In this document: positions 33,876-43,991 of the stretch, piece by piece
Numbering within the stretch: position 1 is the first letter of the stretch
How the letters are laid out: each line of letters starts with the position of its first letter
Assembly (NCBI GenBank): GCA_963758635.1
Contig: CAVWWD010000003.1
Span: 480,001 to 544,000, forward strand
Source: an uncultured Candidatus Rokubacteria bacterium
GTDB taxonomy: Bacteria > Methylomirabilota > Methylomirabilia > Rokubacteriales > CSP1-6
DNA: 64,000 nt
Direction of reading: 5' to 3'
Program-made: the position numbers and the translations under genes
Notes under the pieces: generated by a model
Databases searched by the model: none
The model's input: only the letters and a program-made list of their open reading frames with translations
What the model was told of the DNA's origin: nothing

Positions 33876-33933
33876 TTCGCGGCTCGGTTCATTCGCGGCT
33901 CGGTTCATGTCGCTCGGTTCAGTGCTCGGTTCA
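33876..33933. repeat. Four tandem copies of TGAACCGAGC (minus strand)
   Basis: GCTCGGTTCA four times at spacings of 12, 14 and 16 nt; first copy includes the grdE-like stop codon. Confidence 0.85.
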
Positions 33934-35195
33934 GTGGATCAGGGCCTGCAGGCGCGCGGCGCCCACCTGCTCGATCGAGCCGCAGAGCGCGCCGTAGCTG
34001 GTCAGGATCTCGCCGAGGAACGTGCCCTCGGATCCCTCGGCGCCGACGACGCGCTCCACCGCGGGCAGCCGGAGCTTCTCCTGCCCGCCGCCCACGTTCA
34101 CGAGCGCGTCCATGCCGGGGAAGTTGAACAGCAGCATGCCCTCCTGGCTGCCGTCGGTGGACATGTCCTCGACGATCAGCGTGGTCTTGACCCCGAGGGC
34201 CTCGCACTGGGCCGCGGCCTGCGCCATGTCCACGTGCGGCGCCCCGCCGCCGATCTTGGTGAAGACCGCGCCGTCCGCGCCCAGCACGTGCGCCACCTGG
34301 CCCGCGGCCATCGCCGCCCCGCGCACGCGCTCGGGCTCGGTGGCCTGGGCCACCGTGAGCACCACCCCGGCGAACCACAGCGTGCGCCCGTGCTCGGCGT
34401 AGAGCGCCCGGATCACCGGATGGTTCTGGATGGCGTGGGTCGTGGAGTTCCGTCCCATGAAGCCGCGCACCACGGCGCCGTCGAGCACCTCGTTCGGGTG
34501 GACCACGCGTCGGCAGCATGCGGCGCACCGGATCGCCGTAGAGGATGCCCTCGTCGATGCCGGTGGGCCGCTGGTGCGAGTGGATCTGGAACACGTAGGC
34601 GACGCGGGGCAGGTGCTCGAGCGCGGCCGGCACGCGCGTGGCCGCGGGCAGCTCGAACGTCTCCACGGAGTCGGCGGGCGCGTCACCCGCGGCGCGAGCC
34701 AGGTACACCGCGGCCTTGAGGCCGGCGAGCCGGAGCGCGGCCAGGTACTCGGAGCGGCCGGCGCCCGCCGCGGCCGACGCCGCGATCACGAGCTGGTGGC
34801 TCCCCGCGTACTCGGTGAGCGCCGCTCCCGGGCCCGACATGTCGAGCAGGGCCAGGGCGGAGGGGTTGTCCAGGTCGCGGTCGGTGACGATGACCGACGC
34901 GCCGGCGAGCGCCCGCGTCCGGCCGCTCCCCGCGCGCGCCATGGCGCCGAGCACGCCGGGGAAGTCCTCGCCGCCGTCCATCTTCGCGCGGGGCGCGATC
35001 ACGTCGAAGATGCGCGCGATGCGGCAGGACTCGCCGGGATGGGCGAGGTCCAGGCGCACGCGCGTGAGGCGCGCGTCGGACTCCAGGTGGCGGGCGAGGT
35101 CGTCGAGGTCGAGCTCGAGCCGGCCGCCGGCAAGGCGCGTGGCCGAGCGCGGCGACCATCGAATCGACGCGGGACCAGAGAAGATCGAGGCGCAT
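33931..35195 (-). CDS. Glycine/sarcosine/betaine reductase component B subunit (GrdE/GrdI-like); frameshifts near 35145 and 34510
   Basis: MRLDL; DLAHPGESCRI..DVIAPRAK; GRTRALAG; LDMSGPGA; HPNEVLDGA; QNHPVIRALY; GADGAV..GGG. Confidence 0.85.
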
Positions 35196-35305
35196 GCTCC
35201 GGGGCTCCCTTTCCGAGCGATTCTCGCTGCTTCGTGCTCCCGTGCGCAAGCCGGAGCGGCGGGCCGCCCCCGGCGGCCCGCACGAGGCACGCGGCCTCAC
35301 GCGCG

Positions 35306-35380
35306 TTGACCCCTCTCGCGGGCGAGGCGTACGCTCTCCGCGTGTATCCAATCCGCGGCGTATCGAACATTGGACGCTGA
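35306..35380 (+). promoter_or_regulatory. sigma70-like promoter with candidate leaderless short ORF MYPIRGVSNIGR (35342-35380)
   Basis: TTGACC-N18-TACGCT-ctccgc-GTG; internal inverted repeat TCCAAT..ATTGGA. Confidence 0.4.
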
Positions 35381-35427
35381 CGCCAGGAGGATGGAGACGT
35401 AGCGTGGACGAGCCAGGAGGCGAGGAC

Positions 35428-35993
35428 ATGGCGCTGGCCCTGAGGCGGCATCGCTTCACGGTCGAGGAGTATCACCGGATGGTCGACGCGGGGATTCTCA
35501 CCGCCGACGACCGCGTGGAGCTCATCGAGGGCGAGATCGTCGAGATGACCGCGATCGGTCCGGTTCACGCGAGCGTCGTGGCGAGGCTCAACAGCCTTCT
35601 CGTGCCCCGGCTGACGGGTCGCGCGATCGTCTGGCCCCAGAACCCACTGGTCATGGTCGCGCCAGGCGTCCGAGTTTCAGCCCGACCTGGCGCTCCTCCG
35701 ACCGAAGCCCGACTTCTACGCCTCGGGCAACCCCGGCGCCGTCCGATGCGCTCCTCGTCATCGAGGTCATGGACACGTCCGTGGTGAAGGACCGGCGGGT
35801 GAAGCTCCGGATCTACGCGCGTGCCGGCGTCGCCGAGGTCTGGCTGATCGACGTGAACCGCGCCACCGTCGAGGTCTGCCGCCGCCCGACCGGAGACGAC
35901 TACGCCGAGCGCCGGATCATCGGACGCGAGGGCTCCGTCGCGCCGCGCGCCTTCCCCGACCTCGACCTCCCCGTGTCCGAGATCCTCGGCTGA
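35428..35993 (+). CDS. Uma2 family endonuclease; frameshifts near 35665 and 35740
   Basis: RFTVEEYHRM; RVELIEGEI; QPDL; DRRVKLRIYARAGVAEVWLID. Confidence 0.9.
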
Positions 35994-37178
35994 TCAGCGC
36001 GCGAGGGCGGCGCGCATCACCGCGAGGGCAGTCCGGAGGCCCACCGCCAGCCCGCCCTCGTTCATGACGAACTCCGGCGCGTGGTGCGGCGGGATGGGCC
36101 CCTCGTCCGGAGCGATGCCCACGCGGAAGTAGCAGCCGGGCCGCTCGCGCAGGAACAGGCTCATGTCGTCGCTCGCCATCACGAGCCGCCCGTCCGTCAC
36201 CGACTCCGCGCCGATCTCCTCCGACACGGAGCGCCGCACGAGCTCCGACTCCTTCGGGAGGTTCACCACCGCGGGGCACGAGTAGTCCAGGCGCATGCTC
36301 GCCTCCGCGCGGTAGGCGTGGGCGATGTCCGACACGAACGAGCCCAGGCGCGTCACCAGGTGGTCGCGCACCTTCTGCTCGAAGGCGCGGATGGTGCCGG
36401 TCATGAAGGCGGTGTCCGGGATGATGTTGCCCTTGGTGCCGGAGACGATCTGGCCCACGGTGAGGACGGCGGTCTCGTGCGCCGCGACCTCCCGGGACAC
36501 CAGGCTCTGCATGCCGAGCAGGATGTTCGCCGCGGTGGTGATGGGATCCACCGAGAGGTGCGGCATCGCGCCGTGGCCGCCCTTGCCGCGGATCTCCACG
36601 GTGAAGGCGTCGGCGGAGGCCATGGACGGCCCCGGGCGCACCTGCACCTGGCCCACGCGCTGCAGCGTGGTGAGGTGCAGGCCGTAGATCTCCTCCACGT
36701 GCGGGTTCTCGAGCGCGCCCGCCTCGATCATGGGCCTCGCCCCGCCCAGCACTTCCTCGGCGGGCTGGAAGATGAACACCGCGGTGCCCGGCATCTCCGC
36801 CCGTCGCGCGGCCATGATCTCGGCCAGGGTGATCGCGATCGCGGTGTGGCCGTCGTGGCCGCACGCGTGCATGACGCCTTTCGCGCCGGACGTGAACGGG
36901 GCCTCCAGAAGCTCGGTGAGGGGCAGCGCGTCGATGTCCGCGCGCCAGGCGATCGTCGGCCCGGGGCGGTCGCCGCGCAGCACGCCCACGACCCCGGTGC
37001 CGCCCACGCCGGCGCGCACCTCGACCTTCGCGGCGGAGAGGCGCTCGGCGATGATCTCCGAGGTCCGGCGCTCCTGGTGGGAGAGCTCCGGATGCCGGTG
37101 GAAGTCGCGGCGCAGCGCGACCAGGGCGTCTTCCCGGCTCGCCGCTTCCTCGGTCCATTGAAGGCGCGTCTTGCTCAT
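35994..37178 (-). CDS. M20D amidohydrolase
   Basis: RRDFHRHPEL; RADIDALP; MHACGHDGH; FQPAEE; GKGGHGA; ASDD; PHH. Confidence 0.92.
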   Translation of the reverse strand: MSKTRLQWTEEAASREDALVALRRDFHRHPELSHQERRTSEIIAERLSAAKVEVRAGVGGTGVVGVLRGDRPGPTIAWRADIDALPLTELLEAPFTSGAKGVMHACGHDGHTAIAITLAEIMAARRAEMPGTAVFIFQPAEEVLGGARPMIEAGALENPHVEEIYGLHLTTLQRVGQVQVRPGPSMASADAFTVEIRGKGGHGAMPHLSVDPITTAANILLGMQSLVSREVAAHETAVLTVGQIVSGTKGNIIPDTAFMTGTIRAFEQKVRDHLVTRLGSFVSDIAHAYRAEASMRLDYSCPAVVNLPKESELVRRSVSEEIGAESVTDGRLVMASDDMSLFLRERPGCYFRVGIAPDEGPIPPHHAPEFVMNEGGLAVGLRTALAVMRAALAR

Positions 37179-37256
37179 GTGTGATGTCTCCCCTCGGCCC
37201 GCATCATTCGCGAGCGAATGCGGACCTTGCGCAGACGGTGAGTCCACTGAGCTTGG

Positions 37257-38873
37257 TCATGAATGGGGCGGGTTCTTGGTCACGTAGCCTTCGAGGACGT
37301 CGCGGGCGCGGAGCGCGGGATCGCGCTCCGCGGGCGGACCGTATCCGCCGCCTCCGGGGATGCGGACTTCGACCACCGCGCCGGGATCGAGGAGCTGCTC
37401 GGCCTTGGGGTTCGCCGGGGCATGGCCGTCCACGAGCACGGCGCCGGGGGCGCCCGCCTCGCCGCCGAAGAAGCCTTGGGCGGGGATGCGCGTCCGGTCG
37501 CAGAGGACGGAGCAGAGCCACGGCTCCTGCGTGCGCACGCCGAAGCGGATCACCTGACCGAGGCCGCCGCGGTGCCGCCCGTCGCCGCCGGAGCCGTCGC
37601 GGAGCGACTTTTCCTCCACGACCAGGGGCGAGAGCGTCTCGATCACCTCCACCGGCGTCCCGAGCACGCCCGACGGGAACGCGGTGGCGGAGAGACCGTC
37701 CTTCACCGGCCGCGCTCCGGTGCCGCCCGACGTGAAGAACACGTAGGTGAAGGGCCGCCGCGCCTCGTCCTTGCCCGACACCTGGATGCCCCAGATGTTG
37801 GCCGAGCCCTCGGCCATGACGCTGTCCGGCACGGCCTCGCGCAGCGCGCCGGCCACCGCGTGGGGCAGGAAGTGCCCGACGATGTGGCGGGCCGCCACCG
37901 GCGCGGGCGGCTGCGCGTTCAGGATGGAGCCCCGGGGCGCCGTGATGCGGAGAGGACGGAAGGCGCCCTCGTTGTTCGGCACGTCCGGGCTCACGATCAC
38001 CTTCACGCCGTACGTGGTGTACGCCTCGGTGTAGTTCATCACCACGTTGATGCCGCGCCGGCTCTCCGGCGACGAGCCCGTGTAGTCCACCCACAGCTCG
38101 TCGCCCCGCGCCTCGCAGCGCACCGCGATCGTGATGGGCTCGCCGAAGCCGTCGGAGGTGATCGCGTACGTGTAGACGCCGCGGGCGAGCCGCCCGATGG
38201 ACTCGCGCATGGCCCGCTCCGTGCGCTCGATGATCTCGTCGGCCAGCGGCTCGAGCCGGGCGAAGCCGAACTCGGCCATGAACTCGAGCAGGCGCTCGCC
38301 GCCCACGTCGCCGCCGGCGATCTGGGCGTGGAAGTCGCCCATGACGAGGTCGGGCACCCGGGTGTTGGCGCGGATGAGGGCGGCCAGCGACGCGTCGAGC
38401 TTGCCGCCGGCGTAGAGCTTCATGATCGGGATGAAGAGGCCCTCCTCGTAGACCTCGCGGGCCTCCGCGGAGAGCACGTGGCCCCCGATGTCGGCGGTGT
38501 GGCACGTGGAGGCGAAGAGCGCCACGCAGTCCTTGCCGCGGAACACCGGCGTGCAGATCGTGACGTCGTTCAGGTGGCCCGAGCTCTTCCACGGGTCGTT
38601 GGTGATGAGCACGTCGCCGGGGCCGAGCGTATCCACCGGATGCTCGGCCACCATGTGCTTCACGGCCAGGGCCATCGAGTTGATGTGGCCCGGCGTGCCG
38701 GTCACCGCCTGGGCCACCATGAAGCCGCGGCGGTCGAAGACGCCGGCGGAGAGGTCGCCGGCCTCGCGCACGATCGAGGTGAACGACGTGCGCTGGAGCG
38801 CGGCGGCCTGCTCGTTGACCACGCCGATCAGCCGTTGCCAGCACACGTCGAGCGTGACCGGGTCGAGGGTCAT
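37257..38873 (-). CDS. Hydantoinase B/oxoprolinase family protein
   Basis: IVREAGDLS; TNDPW..GHLND; HTADIGG; EEGL; GGGGYG. Confidence 0.92.
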   Translation of the reverse strand: MTLDPVTLDVCWQRLIGVVNEQAAALQRTSFTSIVREAGDLSAGVFDRRGFMVAQAVTGTPGHINSMALAVKHMVAEHPVDTLGPGDVLITNDPWKSSGHLNDVTICTPVFRGKDCVALFASTCHTADIGGHVLSAEAREVYEEGLFIPIMKLYAGGKLDASLAALIRANTRVPDLVMGDFHAQIAGGDVGGERLLEFMAEFGFARLEPLADEIIERTERAMRESIGRLARGVYTYAITSDGFGEPITIAVRCEARGDELWVDYTGSSPESRRGINVVMNYTEAYTTYGVKVIVSPDVPNNEGAFRPLRITAPRGSILNAQPPAPVAARHIVGHFLPHAVAGALREAVPDSVMAEGSANIWGIQVSGKDEARRPFTYVFFTSGGTGARPVKDGLSATAFPSGVLGTPVEVIETLSPLVVEEKSLRDGSGGDGRHRGGLGQVIRFGVRTQEPWLCSVLCDRTRIPAQGFFGGEAGAPGAVLVDGHAPANPKAEQLLDPGAVVEVRIPGGGGYGPPAERDPALRARDVLEGYVTKNPPHS

Positions 38874-38881
38874 CGGCTCCT

Positions 38882-38945
38882 GCCTTTGCCGCGAGGTGGT
38901 GTCATCGGCCGCCCGCCCTTGCCGTGAGGTGGTGTCATCCGCCCC
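38882..38945. repeat. About 33-bp tandem duplication upstream of the hydantoinase B gene
   Basis: GCCTTTGCCGCGAGGTGGTGTCATCGGCC followed by GCCCTTGCCGTGAGGTGGTGTCATCCGCC. Confidence 0.8.
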
Positions 38946-39020
38946 TCACCCTGCCCTCTCCCCAAAGGGGAGAGGGTTCTTTCGACCCCCTCCCTGGAAG
39001 GGAGAGGGGTGGGGTGAGGG
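38943..39020. repeat. REP-like pair CCCTCACCC..CCCTCTCCC..GGGAGAGGG
   Basis: Two oppositely oriented units; same family as 52429-52550. Confidence 0.75.
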
Positions 39021-39818
39021 TCGGTCGACCACGCCGGTGACGGACGCCTCGTGCATCGTCTGGGACGCGTCCGGCGTCTGCATCCACTCCGTGTAGGCGG
39101 AGAAGGCCTCCTCGCGCTCGGCCTCGCCGAGGACGCCCGCGGCCACCATCTGGCGGCCGCGGCTCTCGGCCACGAGCCGCCACATGCCGGCGGCCCGGAA
39201 GAAGTCGGGATCGCCCGCGCTCACCGTGGCTGCGTTGGCGGTCGCGCGGACCTCGCGCAGGCCGAGGGCCTCGAGCATCGCGGGGAGATGATCGGCGATG
39301 GCGTTGTCGAGGCCGGCGGCGGCCCGCCACTCCAGGAAGGCCGCGTGAAAGCGGGTCCACGCCGCGGGCGGCCGGCTCCACTCCGCCTTCACGTGGTTCC
39401 AGTCCTGGGCCATCACGCGGCCGCCCGGACCCGCCGCGCGCGCCATCGCGGCGAGCGCCACGCCCGCGTCGGGGATCCACTGGAGCACCCGGGAGGCGTT
39501 CACGAGGTCGAACTCGTCCGTCCAGTCGCTCTGGCGGATGTCGCCCCGGTAGAAGACGAGGTTCGGGACCTCGCCGGGCGGGCTCGCCTGCTCGGCCGCC
39601 GCGATCATCTCCGGGTTCACGTCCATCCCCACTGCGGGCGCGGGCGCCACGCGCCGCGCGATCTCCGCGGTGAGCGTGCCCGGCCCGCAGCCCACGTCGA
39701 GCACGGAGAGGCCGGGCCGGAGGTGCGGCAGGAGAGCGGGGTGGCTGTTGGCGAGCGTCCGTGCGGTCAGGATGCCCAGGGCCTCGACGGGGACGTAGGC
39801 GTGGTCCTGGTCGCGCAT
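38946..39818 (-). CDS. Class I SAM-dependent methyltransferase
   Basis: VLDVGCGPG; FDLV..RVLQWI; PGGRV; its tail reads through the REP element. Confidence 0.88.
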   Translation of the reverse strand: MRDQDHAYVPVEALGILTARTLANSHPALLPHLRPGLSVLDVGCGPGTLTAEIARRVAPAPAVGMDVNPEMIAAAEQASPPGEVPNLVFYRGDIRQSDWTDEFDLVNASRVLQWIPDAGVALAAMARAAGPGGRVMAQDWNHVKAEWSRPPAAWTRFHAAFLEWRAAAGLDNAIADHLPAMLEALGLREVRATANAATVSAGDPDFFRAAGMWRLVAESRGRQMVAAGVLGEAEREEAFSAYTEWMQTPDASQTMHEASVTGVVDRPSPHPSPFQGGGRKNPLPFGERAG

Positions 39819-41918
39819 CACGCGGGCTCGACCACGATGGTCAGGGCCGGGTCGACGCGCACCCGCGCGCCCGGCCCGATCACGGTGGTGGACTCGCGTT
39901 CCTCGATCACGGCCGGCCCCGCGAGCTCCGCGCCGGGCCGGAGCGCGTAGCGGTCGTACACCGGCGTGTCGACGTAGCCCGGCGCCTCGGGGAAGTACGC
40001 GCGCCGCGAGGCCTTGGCCGCCGCGGCGGCGCCAGCTCCCGCGACGGCGGAGGCGGCGCTCATCGTGAACGTGGGCGCGGGCCCGCTCGCCACCACGCGC
40101 CAGTTGAGCGCCTCGATGGCCACGCCGAGCGGGCGTGCGGCTGTAGAGCGCGCGGTACGCGGCCTCGAACGCGCCGGTGATGGCGCCGAGGCTCGCCGCG
40201 GCCAGTGGGCCCGCGGGCAGCTCGCATTCCACCTCGTGCCCCTGGCCGACGTAGTGCATCTCCGCGGTGCGCCGGACGCGGATGTCCGCCTCCGCCACGC
40301 CGGAGCCGCGGAGGACGGCGCGGCCCTCCGCCTCCATCTCGACGAACAGGCGGTTCACCTGGTCCCAGTCGGCGGCGTCGAGGCGCTGCGGCGCGGTGCG
40401 GACGAAGTCGAACGCGAGCGGCGCGGCGAGGAGGCCGTACGCCGACATGGCGCCGGCGCCGAAGGGCACGAGCACGCGCGGCACGCGCAGGATCCGGCCC
40501 ACGTGCCAGGCGTGGACGGGGCCGGCGCCGCCGAACGCGAACAGCGGGTAGGCGCGCAGGTCCTTGCCGCGCTCGATGCCGTGGATGCGCGCGGCCGCGG
40601 CCATGTTCTCGTTCACGACACGGTGGATGCCCCACGCCGCCTCGGTGAGGGAGAGGCCCATCGGCCGGGCCACGCGCTCCTCGACGGCGCGCGCGGCGGC
40701 GTCCACGTCGAGCCGCATGCGGCCGCCGAGGAAGAAGCCGGGATCGAGGTACCCGAGGAGCAGGTCGGCGTCGGTCACGGTGGGCTCGCGGCCGCCCAGC
40801 GCGTAGCATGCGGGGCCCGGGTCGGCGCCCGCGCTGTCCGGGCCCACCTTGAGGAGCCCCATGCGGTCCACGCGCGCCACGGAGCCGCCGCCCGCGCCGA
40901 TCTCGATCATCTCGATGACGGGGACGCGGATCGGCAGGCCCGAGCCCTTCTTGAAGCGGTCGGCGCGCGCCACCTCGAACTCGCGGGCCACCAGCGGCTC
41001 GCCCCCGTCGATGACGCAGGCCTTCGCGGTGGTGCCGCCCATGTCGAAGGACAGGAGGCGACCCTCGCCGAGGCTCCGCGCGACGCGCGCGGCGGCGAGC
41101 GCGCCCGCCGCGGGCCCGGACTCCACGAGGCGGATCGGCACGCGCTTGGCCGTGGCCGGCGTGGCGATGCCGCCCGACGAGAGCATCACGTAGAAGGCGC
41201 CGGGCACGCCCATGTCGTGGAGCTTCGCCTCGAGGTCGTCCAGGTAGCGGGCCATGAGCGGCATCACGTAGACGTTGGCCACCGTGGTGGACGTGCGCTC
41301 GTACTCGCGGATCTCCGGGACCACGTCGGAGGAGCACGACACGGGGATGCCGGGCGCGATCTCGCGCGCGAGGGCGGCGAGCGCGCGCTCGTGGTCGGCG
41401 TTCCGGTAGGCGTGGAGCAGGCACACCGCGATGCCCTCGACACCATCCGCGACGAGCGCGCGGATGGCCTCCGCCGCGCCCGCCGTGTCGAGCGGGGTGC
41501 GCACCGAGCCGTCGGCGAGGATGCGCTCGCGCACCTCGCGCCGCAGGTGCCGCGGGGCGAGCGGCGCCGGCGGGTCGATGAACAGGTCGTACATGTCGTA
41601 GCGGCCCTCGCGCCCGATCTCCACCGCGTCGCGGAAGCCCTGGGTGGTGAGGAGCCCGGTGCGCGCGCCCTTGCGCTCGATGAGGGCGTTGGTGGCGAGC
41701 GTGGTGCCGTGGATCAGCGTGCGCACGGTGGCGGGCGCGCTCCCCGCGTCGTGGAGGAGGGTGACCACGCCCTGCTCGACGGCCTGCGCCGGCTCCTTCG
41801 GCGTGGTGAGGAGCTTGCCGACCCGCACCTCGCCGGTGGCGTCGTCCACCCAGACGAGGTCCGTGAACGTCCCGCCGATGTCGACGCCGATGCGGGAGGG
41901 GCCGGCGGTGGGCGTCAT
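39818..41918 (-). CDS. Hydantoinase A/oxoprolinase family protein; frameshift near 40130
   Basis: GVDIGGTFTD; HGTTLATNA; REYERTST; ESGPAAG; FDMGGTT; IGAGGGS; GPAVIEERESTT. Confidence 0.92.
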
Positions 41919-42081
41919 GGGCGCCCAGTTTACCAACAACGGCGCGAGAGCGCGGCCGCCGCCGTTCGCCGCGGCGGCCGAGCAAAGACCTGGGGCAGGG
42001 TGCGGGCGGGCGAAGCCCGGGCGCCCGCACCTGGTGGGCGCCGGGAGCGACCGGGCCGCCGGCGGGCTAGAATTCGAGCCG

Positions 42082-43944
42082 ATGGACGCGCCCGCACTCG
42101 AACGGAAGCTCGTCGCCATCATGAGCGCCGACGCCGAGGGCTACAGCCGCCTCATGGGCGACGACGAGGCGGCGACCGTCCGCACGATCACCGAGTACCG
42201 CGAGGCCATCTCCGCCGCGGTCCGCCGCCACGGCGGGCGGGTCGTGGACGCCCCCGGCGACAACGTCCTCGCCGAGTTCGCGAGCGTGGTCGATGCCGTC
42301 CAGGGGGCGGTGGAGATCCAGGACGATCTCCGGTCACGGAACGCCGCGCTCCCCGAGGCGCGGCGCATGCGCTTTCGCATCGGCATCAACCTGGGCAACG
42401 TCATCGTCGACGGTGCGCGCCTGTACGGCGACGGGCTCAACATCGCCGCCCGCCTCGAGGGGCTCGCCGAGGGCGGCGGCATCTGCGTCTCCGGCACGGC
42501 CTACGACCAGGTGGAGGGCAAGCTGCCGCTCGCCTACGACTTCCTCGGCGAGCACACGGTGAAGAACATCGCCCGCCCGGTGCGCGTGTACCGGATCCGT
42601 CTGGACGCGGACGCTCCGCGGGGCCGCGCCGCCACGCCGCGCCGGGCGCGGTCCCGGTCCCGCGTGGGGCTGGTAAGCGCGCTCGTGGCCCTGGCGTTGC
42701 TCGCCGGCGTCGGGTGGGCCGGCTGGCGCTGGCTCCACGGGCCGGCATCCTCCGCGCTGGCCCTGCCCGACAAGCCCTCCGTCGCCGTGCTGCCGTTCGC
42801 GAACCTGAGCCAGGACCCCGCGCAGGAGTATTTCAGCGACGGCGTCACCGAGGACCTGATCACCGGGCTGTCGAAGCTGTCCGGGCTCTTCGTGATCGCC
42901 AGGAACTCGGCCTTCACGTACAAGGGCCGGGCGGTCAAGGTCGGCGACGTGGGGCGGGACCTCGGCGTGCGCTACGTGCTCGAGGGCAGCGTGCAGCGCG
43001 CCGCCGACCGCGTGCGGATCACCGCGCAGCTCGTGGACGCGGCCACCGGGTACCACATCTGGGCCGAGCGCTACGACCGGGAGGCGCGTGACATCTTCGC
43101 GCTCCAGGACGCGGTGACGCAGCAGATCGTGCAGACCCTCGCGGTGAAGCTCACCGAGGCCGAGCGCGCGCGGCTGGGCCGGCCGCCGCGGGCCGACCCC
43201 GCGGCCTACGACCTCGTGCTCCGCGGACAGGAGGAGCGCTGGCGGACCACGCGCGAGGGCAACATCGAGTCGCGCCGGCTCTTCGTCAAGGCGATCGACC
43301 TCGATCCCGGCTACGCCCGCGCTCACCTGGGGCTCGCCTGGTCGCACCTGCAGAGCTGGCAGTTCGGGTGGAACCGTGACCCCCAGGGCCTCGTGCGGGC
43401 TCGCGAGCTGGCCGAGCGCGCGCTCGAGCTCGACCCCTCCCTCCCGCACGCTCACGGTGTGGTCGCGCAGATCCTCCTCTGGCAGCGCGATCACGACGGC
43501 GCGACCGCCGCCGCGGAGCGCGCGGTGGCCCTGGCCCCGAACGCCGCCGACGGGTACGAGACGCTCGCGGAGGTGCTGACGTGGGGCGGCCGGCCCGAAG
43601 AGGGTATCCGCGCCATCCAGCACGCGATGCGGCTGAACCCGCACTTCCCGTTCTTCTACCGGTGGACCCTCGGCCACGGGTACTTCCTGACGCGGAGGAA
43701 CGCGGACGCCCTCGCCGCGCTCGACCAGGCGGCGAAGGAGAATCCGAACTTTCTCCCGGCGTACGCGTACCGCGCCGTCATCTTCACGGAGATGGGCCGT
43801 GAGGCAGACGCGCGCGCGGCGTGGGCCAGGGCGGGGGAGCTCGAGCCTGGGGCCACGTCCGCCACCATCCGGCAGCGGCTGCCGTACCGCCGCGCCGCCG
43901 ACGTGGACCGCGTGGTCTCGGCCATGCAGCGGGCCGGCCTGTAG
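42082..43944 (+). CDS. Adenylate/guanylate cyclase domain + TM + TolB-like + TPR protein
   Basis: ADAEGYSRLM; RIGINLG; NIAARLE; SVAVLPFANLS; YFSDGVTEDLI; TPR repeats. Confidence 0.9.
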   Translation: MDAPALERKLVAIMSADAEGYSRLMGDDEAATVRTITEYREAISAAVRRHGGRVVDAPGDNVLAEFASVVDAVQGAVEIQDDLRSRNAALPEARRMRFRIGINLGNVIVDGARLYGDGLNIAARLEGLAEGGGICVSGTAYDQVEGKLPLAYDFLGEHTVKNIARPVRVYRIRLDADAPRGRAATPRRARSRSRVGLVSALVALALLAGVGWAGWRWLHGPASSALALPDKPSVAVLPFANLSQDPAQEYFSDGVTEDLITGLSKLSGLFVIARNSAFTYKGRAVKVGDVGRDLGVRYVLEGSVQRAADRVRITAQLVDAATGYHIWAERYDREARDIFALQDAVTQQIVQTLAVKLTEAERARLGRPPRADPAAYDLVLRGQEERWRTTREGNIESRRLFVKAIDLDPGYARAHLGLAWSHLQSWQFGWNRDPQGLVRARELAERALELDPSLPHAHGVVAQILLWQRDHDGATAAAERAVALAPNAADGYETLAEVLTWGGRPEEGIRAIQHAMRLNPHFPFFYRWTLGHGYFLTRRNADALAALDQAAKENPNFLPAYAYRAVIFTEMGREADARAAWARAGELEPGATSATIRQRLPYRRAADVDRVVSAMQRAGL

Positions 43945-43991
43945 CGCGCGCATTGGTTGACACTTCGGAATCGCGCGTGCTATTGGAGCGC

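Noticed and set aside
33876..33933. CRISPR array
   Set aside because: 10-nt repeat with 2-6 nt spacers and no cas genes.
38946..42122. Hydantoinase-methyltransferase fusion (1058-aa ORF)
   Set aside because: Caused by the frameshift near 40130; the true hydantoinase tail ends at 39818 in another frame.
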